The position numbers were made by a program, and so were the translations under genes. Below are positions 16,328-26,285 of a stretch of DNA of 64,000 nt, piece after piece. Source of the stretch: a virus; IMG/VR virus record IMGVR_UViG_3300047494_000107, positions 1 through 64,000 of that record; one strand, written 5' to 3'. The number at the start of each line of letters is the position of its first letter. Position 1 is the stretch's first letter. The notes under the pieces were generated by a model. The model ran no database searches, was not told the origin of the DNA, and was given only the letters and a program-made list of their open reading frames with translations.

Positions 16328-19300
16328 ACCGGCCGCCTTTTATTCTTGCATTTGCCGCCGATTCTCAAGGTTGCGGCTGGTACCGTATCGTTCTTCCTCT
16401 TGCAGCGATCGTATCGGCTGGCGTTGTCGAGGGACGACTTGAAGATAAGCATCAGTCTGACGAGTGGCTAAAGGCAGTAGACCCCGACGTCGTCGTGTTC
16501 CAACGCCAGACCGAGCCCGCTCAAGTGGAGTCTATGCGGCGGGCACGTGCCTCGTTGCCTAATAGCTATTTCATTTATGAGATTGACGACTTGCTTTCCG
16601 CTGTCCCGACCAAAAACCATCACCGAGGCGCTATACCGCCAAACACGGAAAAGCAGATCGCCGAGGCGCTGACCCTTTGTGACGCCTGCACGGTCACGAC
16701 GCCATTGCTCAAGACGTGGATCGAAGGGCTGGGCGGCAAGAACGTTCGTGTCATTCCCAACCTCGTCCCCGGCGACAAAGTGCGTCCGCGCAAGGTCCGC
16801 GCGGAGAACAGCGCACGTAAGCTCCGCATCGGCTGGGCCGGTGGCATGAGCCACGCGGGCGACCTGGAACTTATCAAGCCGGCCATGGCCGAGATCGGCG
16901 ATGCGGTCGAGTGGGTATTCTTTGGCGCCAAACCGGAAGGCGAGGACGCCGCGCCGATTGAGTTCCATGAATCGGTCCTGCCGACCGAGTATCTTGATAA
17001 ACTGTACGCGCTGGACGTCGACCTGTTTCTCGCGCCGTTGGAAATGAACAAGTTTAACGAGGCGAAATCCTCGTTGCGCATGGTCGAGAGTGGGGCGTGC
17101 TGCGGCGCCGTCATCGCCCAGGATATCACGCCGTACCACGAGAACTCGCCACCGGTCTTCGCCCATTGCGTCACGTCTGACGATTGGACACGCGAGATCA
17201 AGCGGTTCATGGCGTTAACGCCGAAGCGGCAGGCCCAGTTCGGGGTGGCTATGCAGGCGTGGACGAAAAGCCGCTACACCTTCGAAAGCCGGCTTGCTGA
17301 ACGCGCAAGGGTGTGGCTGCCGAGCGGCACTGACATCTGGTCGCCCACTCAGGTCAAGCCGTCCGGCAAGGTCATGACGGTTAGCGACCCGCTGAAGCTG
17401 GAAGTCGATTGCGCGCGGGCCGTCAAAACCGGTGACCATGTGCTGTGGCTCCGTCCAGGTGCCACGATCGACGAGGGCGTCAAGAAGCACCTCGTGACGG
17501 GGTTTCTCGGTTCCGACCCTGTGGCGGCTGTCACGCCCCTTGCTACGGACGGTTTGAACGCCTTCCCACGCGCTGGCGTCTTCACGCCGATTGACGCGAC
17601 GACAGCGGAGGACATTCAGGGCGCCGTGTCCGAAGCATGCAACGGCGTTCGGTTGCGGACTTCGCTGGCGTTCGGGCCGTGCGTGTTGATGCGTGCAGAG
17701 GTGCTGAACGCGATCGGCTCGCCTAACCCGTTGGCGCATGATGGCGACATGGACGCGGCGATGATGGAGTGGACGGCGCGGGCGGCGATGCGGCGTATGC
17801 ACTGCTTGCAGCTCGCCGACATCTACGTCGGAAGTGTCACGCCGCCCATGGCGATCAGCCAGAAGTCCAAGACGCGGTTGGAGGCGCGCGGTTATCTTCA
17901 GATGGCGGGCATGCCGAGTGACAACTTGGCGCCGCAGTATCGCGAGCAGATCGAACTGGGATTCTTTCGGCGGCGCTGGGACGGCCTGCGCCCAGGTCTG
18001 AATGATCTGCCGGACAATTACCCGACGTGGTCGTGTCTGAAGCCGGCGTTTGACGGTGTTCATGACCCGCTCGTTGTGCAAGAGGTCAAGTTCGGCGACC
18101 CTATCCCCGCAGCCGAATGGATCGTCTTCACCGACGAGAAGACGACGCTGAAGCCTGGGGCGTTGGCGAAGCTTACTGACTACCTGCGCGGTGTAACCGC
18201 TGATGCTCAGGTCGTCTATGCTGACCACGAGATGAACGACTTTCAGGGCGCCAATCTTATACCTTGCTTCAAGCCGGATTTCGACCTTCGGTATTTCCAA
18301 GGTCATGACTACGTGACGCCTGTGTGTGCTGTGCGGGCACGCTATGCGATTGATTGCTGTTCCGGTCGTGAGAGCCTGTTTGCAGCAATCGTGGCGTTGA
18401 TTGGCAATACCGATGCTCCGCCCCGTGATGTCATACGCCACACCCCCGAAGTGCTGGCGACTGTCCTCGACGAGCGTAGCCGCGCCGAGCGGACGACTGA
18501 TTTGGCGGAGAGGGCCAAGGTCAAATGTGAACAGTGGCGGTTGTTCTCTGACCCCGACAAGGTCACCTTCGAGCCGCACCCTCAACTAGCGCCGCTGGGT
18601 ATGCTCAAGGCGACGTACGCGCCGGTCGACGGCTTGGTGTCCATCATCGTGCCGACGATTGGCGACGAGGAGCTGATCCAGACATGCGTTAATATGATCC
18701 TGCAGCATACGACGCACCCCGACTACGAGGTTCTTGTGGTCGCCACGACGGATAAGGACCCCGAACTCGGCGCCGCGCTGCACGATCGCCGAGTACGAGT
18801 GCTGCGGTGGAAGGGCGATTTCAACTGGTCGGCGGTCAACAATTTCGCCGCGGCTCAGGCGAATGGCAGTTACCTCTGTTTCATGAACGACGACGTGCAG
18901 GTAGCCCGCAAGGACTGGCTGACCAACATGCTGTCGAACTTCCAGGAGTTAGACGTCGGCGTCGTAGGCGCCCGGCTGCTGTTCCCGCATGGGCCCGTGC
19001 AGCACACAGGCGTCGTTGCGACCGATGGTATCGTGGCAATGATCCACCGGAACGTGCCGCCCAGCAGCCCTGGTTACCAAGGCTTGGCGGCGTTGTCGCA
19101 TGAAGCCTCGGCGGTCACGGGTTCCTGTATGCTGGTCAAGACCGAGATCTGGGACAAGATCCGGTTTGACGAAAAATTGGCCTGCAATTTTAATGACGTG
19201 GCGTTCTGCCATCGTGTGCGTGAAGCGGGTTATCGTATCGTGGCGGAGATGCAGGCTGAACTGCACCACCGCGAAGGCGCCACTCGGGCTGCGGTCGAGC

Positions 19301-19998
19301 AGAACGCGGCGCAGCGGGCGTTCCAGGAAGGCGTCTATTTCCGAGAAGTCTACGGCGCCGCGCCTGACACGTACTGGAGCCCGAATTGCGAGATTCGCAT
19401 CGTCGATGGTGCCGTGGTTGGCACGTCCTATGACCGTCCACGCTGGAAATCGAGAGTGCCGCCCGAGACGGATTACCGGGTTCTGTTCATCAATGACCGC
19501 ATTGGCCGCACGAAATACGGGCTAGTGTCCAAGGCGATCATCGCTCAGCAGTCGGGCATGATACCGTTGGTAGCGGATCTGTCTGGGACGGAACTGACGC
19601 TCACTGCGCCGAGTTTCGCGGGCGGCGTCACCTGGGATATCCGCAACTGGCGCAATATCGACCGTGTCTTGCGGACGCTTGGCGTCAGTGAGGTGATTCT
19701 CTGCAGCCTGAGTGGGGCGCGTTTTCCGGCTGCCGCAGGTGACACGCTCCGGGCGCTGTCGCATCTGACAACGAAGGTTGGCTACGACCCGTTTGACGCT
19801 GAGTCGGTGTGCCCGCGGCGGGACATGCTGGTCGAAGGCAAGCTGTGCGGCGACGGATACAAGCAGGGTTCCGCGCATTGCCAAGTGTGCATTGACCAGC
19901 ATGGATCACCGTTCGGCCAAGTCGACGTGAGTGCTTGGTGGCGCTCGTGGGGTGATTTCCTGGCGGAGGACAGCGATGTCGCGGACGCCGCTGACTAA
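16324..19998 (+). CDS. multi-domain glycosyltransferase (GT-B N-terminus plus GT2 domains)
   Basis: GCGWYRI, YEIDDLL, IGWAGGMSH.GDL and FNEAKS (GT4-like); VYADHE, VSIIVPT, FNWSAVNN, FMNDD, AVTGSCML and FNDVAFC (GT2). Confidence 0.88.
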   Translation: MNRPPFILAFAADSQGCGWYRIVLPLAAIVSAGVVEGRLEDKHQSDEWLKAVDPDVVVFQRQTEPAQVESMRRARASLPNSYFIYEIDDLLSAVPTKNHHRGAIPPNTEKQIAEALTLCDACTVTTPLLKTWIEGLGGKNVRVIPNLVPGDKVRPRKVRAENSARKLRIGWAGGMSHAGDLELIKPAMAEIGDAVEWVFFGAKPEGEDAAPIEFHESVLPTEYLDKLYALDVDLFLAPLEMNKFNEAKSSLRMVESGACCGAVIAQDITPYHENSPPVFAHCVTSDDWTREIKRFMALTPKRQAQFGVAMQAWTKSRYTFESRLAERARVWLPSGTDIWSPTQVKPSGKVMTVSDPLKLEVDCARAVKTGDHVLWLRPGATIDEGVKKHLVTGFLGSDPVAAVTPLATDGLNAFPRAGVFTPIDATTAEDIQGAVSEACNGVRLRTSLAFGPCVLMRAEVLNAIGSPNPLAHDGDMDAAMMEWTARAAMRRMHCLQLADIYVGSVTPPMAISQKSKTRLEARGYLQMAGMPSDNLAPQYREQIELGFFRRRWDGLRPGLNDLPDNYPTWSCLKPAFDGVHDPLVVQEVKFGDPIPAAEWIVFTDEKTTLKPGALAKLTDYLRGVTADAQVVYADHEMNDFQGANLIPCFKPDFDLRYFQGHDYVTPVCAVRARYAIDCCSGRESLFAAIVALIGNTDAPPRDVIRHTPEVLATVLDERSRAERTTDLAERAKVKCEQWRLFSDPDKVTFEPHPQLAPLGMLKATYAPVDGLVSIIVPTIGDEELIQTCVNMILQHTTHPDYEVLVVATTDKDPELGAALHDRRVRVLRWKGDFNWSAVNNFAAAQANGSYLCFMNDDVQVARKDWLTNMLSNFQELDVGVVGARLLFPHGPVQHTGVVATDGIVAMIHRNVPPSSPGYQGLAALSHEASAVTGSCMLVKTEIWDKIRFDEKLACNFNDVAFCHRVREAGYRIVAEMQAELHHREGATRAAVEQNAAQRAFQEGVYFREVYGAAPDTYWSPNCEIRIVDGAVVGTSYDRPRWKSRVPPETDYRVLFINDRIGRTKYGLVSKAIIAQQSGMIPLVADLSGTELTLTAPSFAGGVTWDIRNWRNIDRVLRTLGVSEVILCSLSGARFPAAAGDTLRALSHLTTKVGYDPFDAESVCPRRDMLVEGKLCGDGYKQGSAHCQVCIDQHGSPFGQVDVSAWWRSWGDFLAEDSDVADAAD

Positions 19999-20530
19999 GG
20001 CGCTGGTGGTTGAGGTCGTGTCGCCCCCAGTCAGGGGGGCGCTCGACCATCACGACGCGTTCCCTTCGACGGCGTGTTCGTGCCGGTACTGCTCTGACTA
20101 CAACATGACCAAGGCCGCCCTGGAGTCAGTGCTGAAGGTCATGGACGATGCGCCTTGTGACTGTGAACTCTGCCAGCAGAAGATACCGGGCACGATATGG
20201 CCGCACAGCCGAGGTTGCCCGTGCGATGTGTGTCGGCAGGCGGAGAAGGCCAACACGGCGTTCTGTGCTGCGGCGAACCGTCGGGACTTCTGGTCTGAGA
20301 TGTCGTATCACGCCGTGCATGACCCAGATTTGACGCGGAGCCACCAGAGCGAAGCGCTCATGGCGTGGGCGGCGGCAGAACTGAACGCCGAAAGGGCGAG
20401 GGGCCTTACAGGGTTCTGGTCGGTGATCGCGAACCGATACTCCATAGGCCACTGGATAGATCGATTTGAGACGGTTGCGTTGGCGGCGATCGCAGCGTCG
20501 GGTATGTCACTGGCTAAGGTGCGAGGATAA
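19976..20530 (+). CDS. Cys-rich hypothetical protein
   Basis: Three CxCxxC motifs; ATG 19976 after GGAGG. Confidence 0.6.
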   Translation: MSRTPLTKALVVEVVSPPVRGALDHHDAFPSTACSCRYCSDYNMTKAALESVLKVMDDAPCDCELCQQKIPGTIWPHSRGCPCDVCRQAEKANTAFCAAANRRDFWSEMSYHAVHDPDLTRSHQSEALMAWAAAELNAERARGLTGFWSVIANRYSIGHWIDRFETVALAAIAASGMSLAKVRG

Positions 20531-20918
20531 ACTCGCGGATTGCAAGACCGAACCCGCCATAGTAGCCGTTGTGCTCGTTGTGATTGGCTATTGTGATGAA
20601 ACCGCCGTCGGTTCGTATTTCTAGGAACACAACTTCGTGGTATCCGTATTCGCCCGGTTCGTCCGGGGCATCTGTTGCCTCAATCGCAAGCAGTTTATGG
20701 CCGACTAGTGAAGATACATCGTCGTCAGTTCGCATGTAGCGATATTCGCAACACGATTGTCCGTTGTCGAATATTTCGATTCCTTTGCCGTTATCAAACG
20801 CGAGCGACAGTCGATCCTCTTCAAGTTTGGCGCCGGCTATGGTGTGCCCGACATGTTTTGAGGGGCTGTGTTCTGAGCCGTCGCGTAACTGATGGAGCAT
20901 AGCGCCTATGCCTAGCAC
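20514..20918 (-). CDS. conserved phage protein (Q.CCE...HNGYY type)
   Basis: GQSCCEYRY and NEHNGYYGG; lower GC; antisense to the head operon; start uncertain. Confidence 0.65.
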   Translation of the reverse strand: MLGIGAMLHQLRDGSEHSPSKHVGHTIAGAKLEEDRLSLAFDNGKGIEIFDNGQSCCEYRYMRTDDDVSSLVGHKLLAIEATDAPDEPGEYGYHEVVFLEIRTDGGFITIANHNEHNGYYGGFGLAIREFILAP

Positions 20919-21217
20919 TGTGTGAAGTTCCTATGGGCCGGGGTTGAGGATAGAAGGGGTCCAGCAGTACCCGCTGCCAGACCCCCCTTAGCCAGCGGTA
21001 ACCGTCCTTTCCTCTACGTTTTACGGAGGCTAGGTTTATGCACTGCGCAGGGCGCTAATCTATGGACCCAGGCGCTTAGCAAGGACAGCTCTCGCAGTCT
21101 CCCGCCGAAGACTGTGGAAACGGCTCCAACCAACTCGAATAAGGCGTATGGATCAGGCGGCAACGAGATTACGATACAACCCTGCCGATCAGAGCGTCAA
21201 GCCATTTATGCTACACC

Positions 21218-21877
21218 ATGGACTCATCTTCGTGGAATGGCGAGCGGCTGCGGGTTGTTGTGGCGAAGAGTCGCCCAGCACTGGTTCTCGTGGAGTGGAT
21301 TGAGGACGGTGTATCAAAGTCGGTCGTCAAGTCGGCGCCGGACGGTGTCGGTGTCTACGATATCCCGACTCTAGGCCGCCCGACGGCGGTCGAGGTGAAA
21401 TCGTTGCCGTTACCCGACCTTGGCCCGCATGACACACTTTATGTCAATCGGCCAGTTGAGAACGCCGCGGATATCATCCAGTGGTTCAAATCACAGGGTC
21501 TGCGCACGTTGCTTACCCCGGATGACATGCACGTTACAGTGGCTTTCAGCAAAAGCCCCGTTTACTGGAACGCAGCTGGCCCGTCGTACGAGCGCATCGT
21601 GGTCCCGACCTGCAAGTGGGACCGCTATGTCTGCCATCTCGGACCGAAAGCGGCGCTAGTCCAGAAATTTGACAGCCCGTATCTGACCGAACGATGGGAG
21701 TTGTTCCGGCTTATCGGAGCCTCGTGGGACTTTCCCGGGTATCAACCGCACGTCTCTCTTACCTATGACGGGGCCGACATTGACCCTGCGGGTTTGATGC
21801 CGTGGGTCGGTAAAATCGTCCTCGGCCCGGAGATATTCGCCCCGGTCAATACAGACTGGACGGCGAAGGAGTCTTAA
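21218..21877 (+). CDS. 2H phosphoesterase, Acb1 (anti-CBASS)-like
   Basis: Two HxT/S motifs: DDMHVTVAFSK and YQPHVSLTY; C-terminal IVLGPEIF. Confidence 0.8.
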   Translation: MDSSSWNGERLRVVVAKSRPALVLVEWIEDGVSKSVVKSAPDGVGVYDIPTLGRPTAVEVKSLPLPDLGPHDTLYVNRPVENAADIIQWFKSQGLRTLLTPDDMHVTVAFSKSPVYWNAAGPSYERIVVPTCKWDRYVCHLGPKAALVQKFDSPYLTERWELFRLIGASWDFPGYQPHVSLTYDGADIDPAGLMPWVGKIVLGPEIFAPVNTDWTAKES

Positions 21878-21878
21878 G

Positions 21879-22691
21879 ATGAACGACGCCATTGTCGCGA
21901 TGCTCCCCTGCATCGTCAAATCGTATACGTCTGGCGGCAAGCGCCTCGTAACAGTTGGCGCAAGCACGACCGAGGTCGACCTTGATGGCGACGTAATCCT
22001 TCAGCAGGCCCTCCTCGGCGCCGCGCCAGAGTTCATCGCCCGCGGCCATCTCGACCTGGACCATAAGTCCGAGTTCGGCGAGCGCATGGGCATCCCTAAC
22101 CCGTCCAGTTATATCGTCGGTCGCCCGCTCGAAGTCAAAGACGCTGGGAACGGCTGCACAGAAGTCGTCGGTGAAATATCTCGGTCAAGGGACGACAGCT
22201 TCGACCCCAAGAAGAACAAGTACGACGAGTTGTGGGCCTCTCTACAGTCAGAGCCGCCGGTTCAATGGTACTCCAGTGTGTACGGGTATCCTATCGACCT
22301 GGATGTTTGCAAGAGCCAGGACGACAATCCTTACGGCGCCCGTCGCTATATTATTAAATCTATGGACTGGCGTAGCTTGGCTTTCACACGGACGCCGAAG
22401 AATACGGCGATCAAGAACGCGGCGCGCATAGTTTCTGCCAAGTCGTACATGTCGGCTCTCATGAGGGGGCTTGACCCCTACGCGAGTGTTCCGCCTCTCA
22501 CTGTTACTGGCATGGGTGATTTGTGGGAACGCCGGTTCTGTATTAAGTGCGCCGTCCATGAGGCCCCCACCACGGTCGGGTATCGCCGCCACTTTGAGAA
22601 GTGCGCCGGTATACTGCCAGGCGATGCCGACGTTTTCGCTCACGCCCTGATGCATAAGGTCAATCAGGTCAAGGTGGCGGGTCTCAAGTAG
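21879..22691 (+). CDS. prohead maturation protease
   Basis: ASTTEVDLDGDVI...LDLDH...IVG...SLAFTRTPKN; lies before the scaffold and capsid genes. Confidence 0.7.
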   Translation: MNDAIVAMLPCIVKSYTSGGKRLVTVGASTTEVDLDGDVILQQALLGAAPEFIARGHLDLDHKSEFGERMGIPNPSSYIVGRPLEVKDAGNGCTEVVGEISRSRDDSFDPKKNKYDELWASLQSEPPVQWYSSVYGYPIDLDVCKSQDDNPYGARRYIIKSMDWRSLAFTRTPKNTAIKNAARIVSAKSYMSALMRGLDPYASVPPLTVTGMGDLWERRFCIKCAVHEAPTTVGYRRHFEKCAGILPGDADVFAHALMHKVNQVKVAGLK

Positions 22692-22794
22692 TGGCTCGTG
22701 GAACCCTAGGTCGCCGTTATGTCTCGAATGTAGTGTGCGCCTGTATTGATTTCGCGGCGTTAACTCGTCGCGCCATAGGAGAGGCGATACACTG

Positions 22795-23958
22795 ATGAGC
22801 ACTGCGCCGTCGAACGTTGAGCCGGCTACGGCCAAGCTCATTGCCGCACTTGTGGCGAAATCGACCAACGAGGAGATTCGCTCGCTGCTGGCTGACGGAG
22901 CCATCGACAAGTCGCTCGGTGAATCGACCGTCCGTACACACCAGACGATCTCGGATCAGTGGTCGAACGGTCCGATGGACAAGATTGCCCCCGCAGACGT
23001 CCCGACCGGTGCCCCGCTCGCCGCTTCCGGCGGCAACGCCTATCGACAGACTCAGATGTATTCCGACAATGCGCCGCAGAGCGGCATGACGGCGCTGGCT
23101 GGTGAACTTGGCGCCTCGTTGGCCCGCATGGAATCGATGGTCAAGTCGTTGACCCACGAGAACAGCATCATCAAGGCTGTCCTGCTCCGTGTCGTCGACG
23201 AGAACGCGTCGATCGCCAAGTCGATCGAGCTTCTGAAAGCGGCGCCGACCGTTGCTGCTCCGACTGTCGCAGCCAAGGCCGAGGACGACAAGGAAGAGAA
23301 AAAGAAGATGGACGACGAGGACGAGAAGTGCGCGTCCATGTTGGACACCGCGCATGCCGTCTTCAAGGCCGGTGTGTCTGACGGCGATCTCGGCAAGGTG
23401 ATGCGGGCGCTCTCGCTCGCCAAGTCACTGACCGGCGAGTTCCCGAAGGCGCCTCGTCCCGCTGCCCTGCTGAAGTCGATCGAGGCGTTCGCGGCGAGCC
23501 TGACCAAGTCCGACGACCAGGGCGAGTGGCCGGCCGACAAGAAGGGCAAGAAGGACGACGAGGACGAGAAGGCGGCGGCAAAGGCGGCCAGCATCGGCTT
23601 GAACTCCGAGCAGCAGGCCATGCTGAAGAGCGCGGTCGACGGCAACGGCGTCATCAACATGCGCCTCAACCAGTTGTTCGACATCCTGGGCAAGTCCGTT
23701 CCGGCAGCCGGCGTTCGCGCCGTGACTCCGCCGGCCGTGTTCAAGGCGGTTGATCGCAACAGCGTTGTCGAGAAGGCCGCGGCTATCAGCGATATGGAAG
23801 ATGAAGGTCGTTTCAGCCCGGAGGCCGCTCGTTCGGCTCGCACCGCGCTGAGCCTTTCGAAGGCCGTGAGCGAAGGCGCGCTGACTGAGGACATCCTTCA
23901 CAAGCATCTCGCGACTGCACCGAAGAGCGTGCAGGATTTCTTCGCTGCGGCGGCGTAA
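22795..23958 (+). CDS. capsid scaffold-like protein
   Basis: Helical Ala/Lys/Glu-rich sequence with repeated xKS/xKA motifs; directly precedes the capsid gene. Confidence 0.6.
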   Translation: MSTAPSNVEPATAKLIAALVAKSTNEEIRSLLADGAIDKSLGESTVRTHQTISDQWSNGPMDKIAPADVPTGAPLAASGGNAYRQTQMYSDNAPQSGMTALAGELGASLARMESMVKSLTHENSIIKAVLLRVVDENASIAKSIELLKAAPTVAAPTVAAKAEDDKEEKKKMDDEDEKCASMLDTAHAVFKAGVSDGDLGKVMRALSLAKSLTGEFPKAPRPAALLKSIEAFAASLTKSDDQGEWPADKKGKKDDEDEKAAAKAASIGLNSEQQAMLKSAVDGNGVINMRLNQLFDILGKSVPAAGVRAVTPPAVFKAVDRNSVVEKAAAISDMEDEGRFSPEAARSARTALSLSKAVSEGALTEDILHKHLATAPKSVQDFFAAAA

Positions 23959-23988
23959 CGGCACCGTTCAGGAACAGAGGACACAAAA

Positions 23989-25806
23989 ATGAGCGGCGCT
24001 GGCAGCATGGTTATTGAGAACCCGGACTTCGTCCCAGATCAGGTGAAAGCCCACGCATACGAGCGCGGCAACTTCGCTTTGTCGAAGGCGATCCAAGGGT
24101 TCGGGGCTTCGGACTACCGTGGCGCGTTGATGGAGATCGTCAACCCGAACCCGTCGACCGCCATTCAGAAGATGCGTGACAACCAGGCTGTCGCGATGGC
24201 ACCTGTCAACGCGATCGCCAAGGCGTTCCGCGCCAATCCGCGTCTGTATCAGGGCGGCGGTCATGGCCGTGCGCAGCCGCTTCCGACTGGTCGTGAACTG
24301 GTCGCCAAGGGCGAGATCGCCAAGTCGGTGCTGGACGTCGGCTCTCTGACCAACTTCGCGTCTATCACAGGCGGTCAGGCTCTCGGCTACGTATCACTTG
24401 ACACCGACGTGGCCCGCGGCACTGTGCGCCCGAGCAGCTTCACGCTGTATCAGGCCCTGCACAAGAGCGCTGCGTTCCAGATCGTCGACTACTGGGCGTA
24501 CATCAACGACCTGGGCGGCGCTATTCCCGGTGCGGCGTTCGGCAGCTATTCAAGCGTTTCGTCCGGCACGCTGAATACCAATGTCGGCCGCTACGCGCTG
24601 GAGAACGTCACCCTCAAGCTGATGTTCGATGCTCGTGCGATGACCGTCGCGCTGGCCAGCCAGAACAGCTTCATCGACATCCCGACGCAGGAAAGCGCCA
24701 ATGCCGCGTTGACCATCCTGCAGACGGCGAACTACGCGTCGTACTATGGCGACAGCGCCATTTACGCCAACCAGTTCGACGGCTTGGTGCGCCAGATCCC
24801 GGCCGCCAACGTCGCCGACTTCCAGCCGTTCTACAACGGTATCGGCCAAGCGGAGTCCTGGAGCAAGGCGCAGGCGGCCTATAACCTCATCTATGAGACG
24901 GCGGCGAACGTCACGAGCTGGAACACGTTCGGCCAGATCACTCATGCGTTCATGTCTCCGAAGATGAACGCATCGTTGCAGGGCCTCGTTACCACCACCC
25001 TGAACAACCTGCTGAACGTCGACGTCGGTCGCAGTTCGGCTTCGCGCCAAGGCATCGTCGTCAACGGCGACTTGCAGGGTATGCGGACGCGCTTCGGTGA
25101 GATCCAGTTCGTCTTGGACCTCTTCATCAACGCGCGTCTGGCGCCGCAGCAGTCGTTCCTACGCGCGGACGGAACCAACCCGGCGACGATCAGCGCGCCG
25201 ACTCCTCCGTCGGGCGTCACCGCGACAACCATCGCGGCAAGCTCGGTTGTCGGCACCAGCTACTGGACGGCCAGCTTCGCGCCGACCGGCGCAACCAACT
25301 CTTATGTCTACGCCGTCGCCGGCATGGGCCCGAATTCGGAAGAGTCGGTGCTTGCTTACTCGGGTGTCGTCACCGGCATCGCTGTCAACGGCGGTGTCGC
25401 GTTGAGCATCGCGCCGGCTTCGGCGAACGATATCACCGCGGTTCGTATCTATCGCTCGGGCCTCGGCTACAGCAAGACCACGACCGGCAACACACCGTAC
25501 TCGTTCCGTCTGATCGCGACCGTGGCGGCGACTGGCACGACCACGATCGCCTACAACGATCTGAACGCGGACATTCCTGGCGGCGAGAACATCTTCCTGC
25601 TCGACCTCGCCGAGGAAGACAACGCTCTGGACTGGCGGTTCTTGCTGCCGCTGTCCAAGATCGAGCTGTTCGCCCAGAACCTGTATATGCCTTGGGCGGT
25701 GGCGATGATCGGCGCCCTCCGCGTGCGTATTCCGAAGTTCCATGCGCGTATCAAGAACGTGGTCCCGGATGAGCCGGACTGGAACCCGCTGGCGCCGAAC
25801 AACTAA
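23989..25806 (+). CDS. major capsid protein with Fn3/Ig-like insertion
   Basis: 605 aa; GQALGYVSLD, YYGDSAI..NQFDGL and LLPLSKIEL; Thr/Ser-rich beta insert; strong codon bias; followed by a terminator. Confidence 0.85.
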   Translation: MSGAGSMVIENPDFVPDQVKAHAYERGNFALSKAIQGFGASDYRGALMEIVNPNPSTAIQKMRDNQAVAMAPVNAIAKAFRANPRLYQGGGHGRAQPLPTGRELVAKGEIAKSVLDVGSLTNFASITGGQALGYVSLDTDVARGTVRPSSFTLYQALHKSAAFQIVDYWAYINDLGGAIPGAAFGSYSSVSSGTLNTNVGRYALENVTLKLMFDARAMTVALASQNSFIDIPTQESANAALTILQTANYASYYGDSAIYANQFDGLVRQIPAANVADFQPFYNGIGQAESWSKAQAAYNLIYETAANVTSWNTFGQITHAFMSPKMNASLQGLVTTTLNNLLNVDVGRSSASRQGIVVNGDLQGMRTRFGEIQFVLDLFINARLAPQQSFLRADGTNPATISAPTPPSGVTATTIAASSVVGTSYWTASFAPTGATNSYVYAVAGMGPNSEESVLAYSGVVTGIAVNGGVALSIAPASANDITAVRIYRSGLGYSKTTTGNTPYSFRLIATVAATGTTTIAYNDLNADIPGGENIFLLDLAEEDNALDWRFLLPLSKIELFAQNLYMPWAVAMIGALRVRIPKFHARIKNVVPDEPDWNPLAPNN

Positions 25807-25831
25807 GGCGTTTCGGATAAACGAACCCTAC

Positions 25832-25864
25832 GAAGGCCGTGTCGCAAGATGCGGCCTTCTTTTT
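25832..25864 (+). terminator. intrinsic terminator after the capsid gene
   Basis: GAAGGCCGTGTC-GCAA-GATGCGGCCTTC followed by TTTTT. Confidence 0.9.
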
Positions 25865-25908
25865 GAGACATCTTCCAAATGTTGAGACACTCTGCTATTC
25901 GTGATACA
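25864..25908 (+). promoter_or_regulatory. three TGA(G/T)ACA boxes at 19-bp period
   Basis: TGAGACA 25864, TGAGACA 25883, TGATACA 25902. Confidence 0.6.
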
Positions 25909-26285
25909 TGGAATTTCGCGCTCGCGTACGTCCTCTGTCTTTGACTGCTCGCAGATGGCGAACAGAAGGTAAAACGGGTGGTCTGCTAGCGTCTGTCGCA
26001 TTCCGGTGGGACGGCAAGAATTATTCGACGGATGTCTTGGGTTCCAGCGAGGTCGAAGCGCTCTATCAGCAAGGGCATGTCGAACTTATATTCACCGAGA
26101 CATCTGTTCCCATCCCTGTGCTTGCCGAACCTTCGCCGGAACCAGTCGTTGAACCGGTACCTGAGCCCGCGGTCGAAGCCCCTGTCATCGTAGACGTACC
26201 TCCGCCAGTTCGTCGACCTGATAGACCCCTGTCTTTGGCGCAGCTGACGAAGATGGCGCCGCACAAAAAGACGACGCGCCGATGA
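25908..26285 (+). CDS. hypothetical virion-associated protein
   Basis: Pro/Glu-rich linker; ATGA overlap with next gene. Confidence 0.55.
   Translation: MEFRARVRPLSLTARRWRTEGKTGGLLASVAFRWDGKNYSTDVLGSSEVEALYQQGHVELIFTETSVPIPVLAEPSPEPVVEPVPEPAVEAPVIVDVPPPVRRPDRPLSLAQLTKMAPHKKTTRR

Noticed and set aside
20922-21374. 150-aa plus-strand ORF
   Set aside because: Overlaps the Acb1-like gene out of frame, has no RBS or motif, and the region looks like structured non-coding sequence
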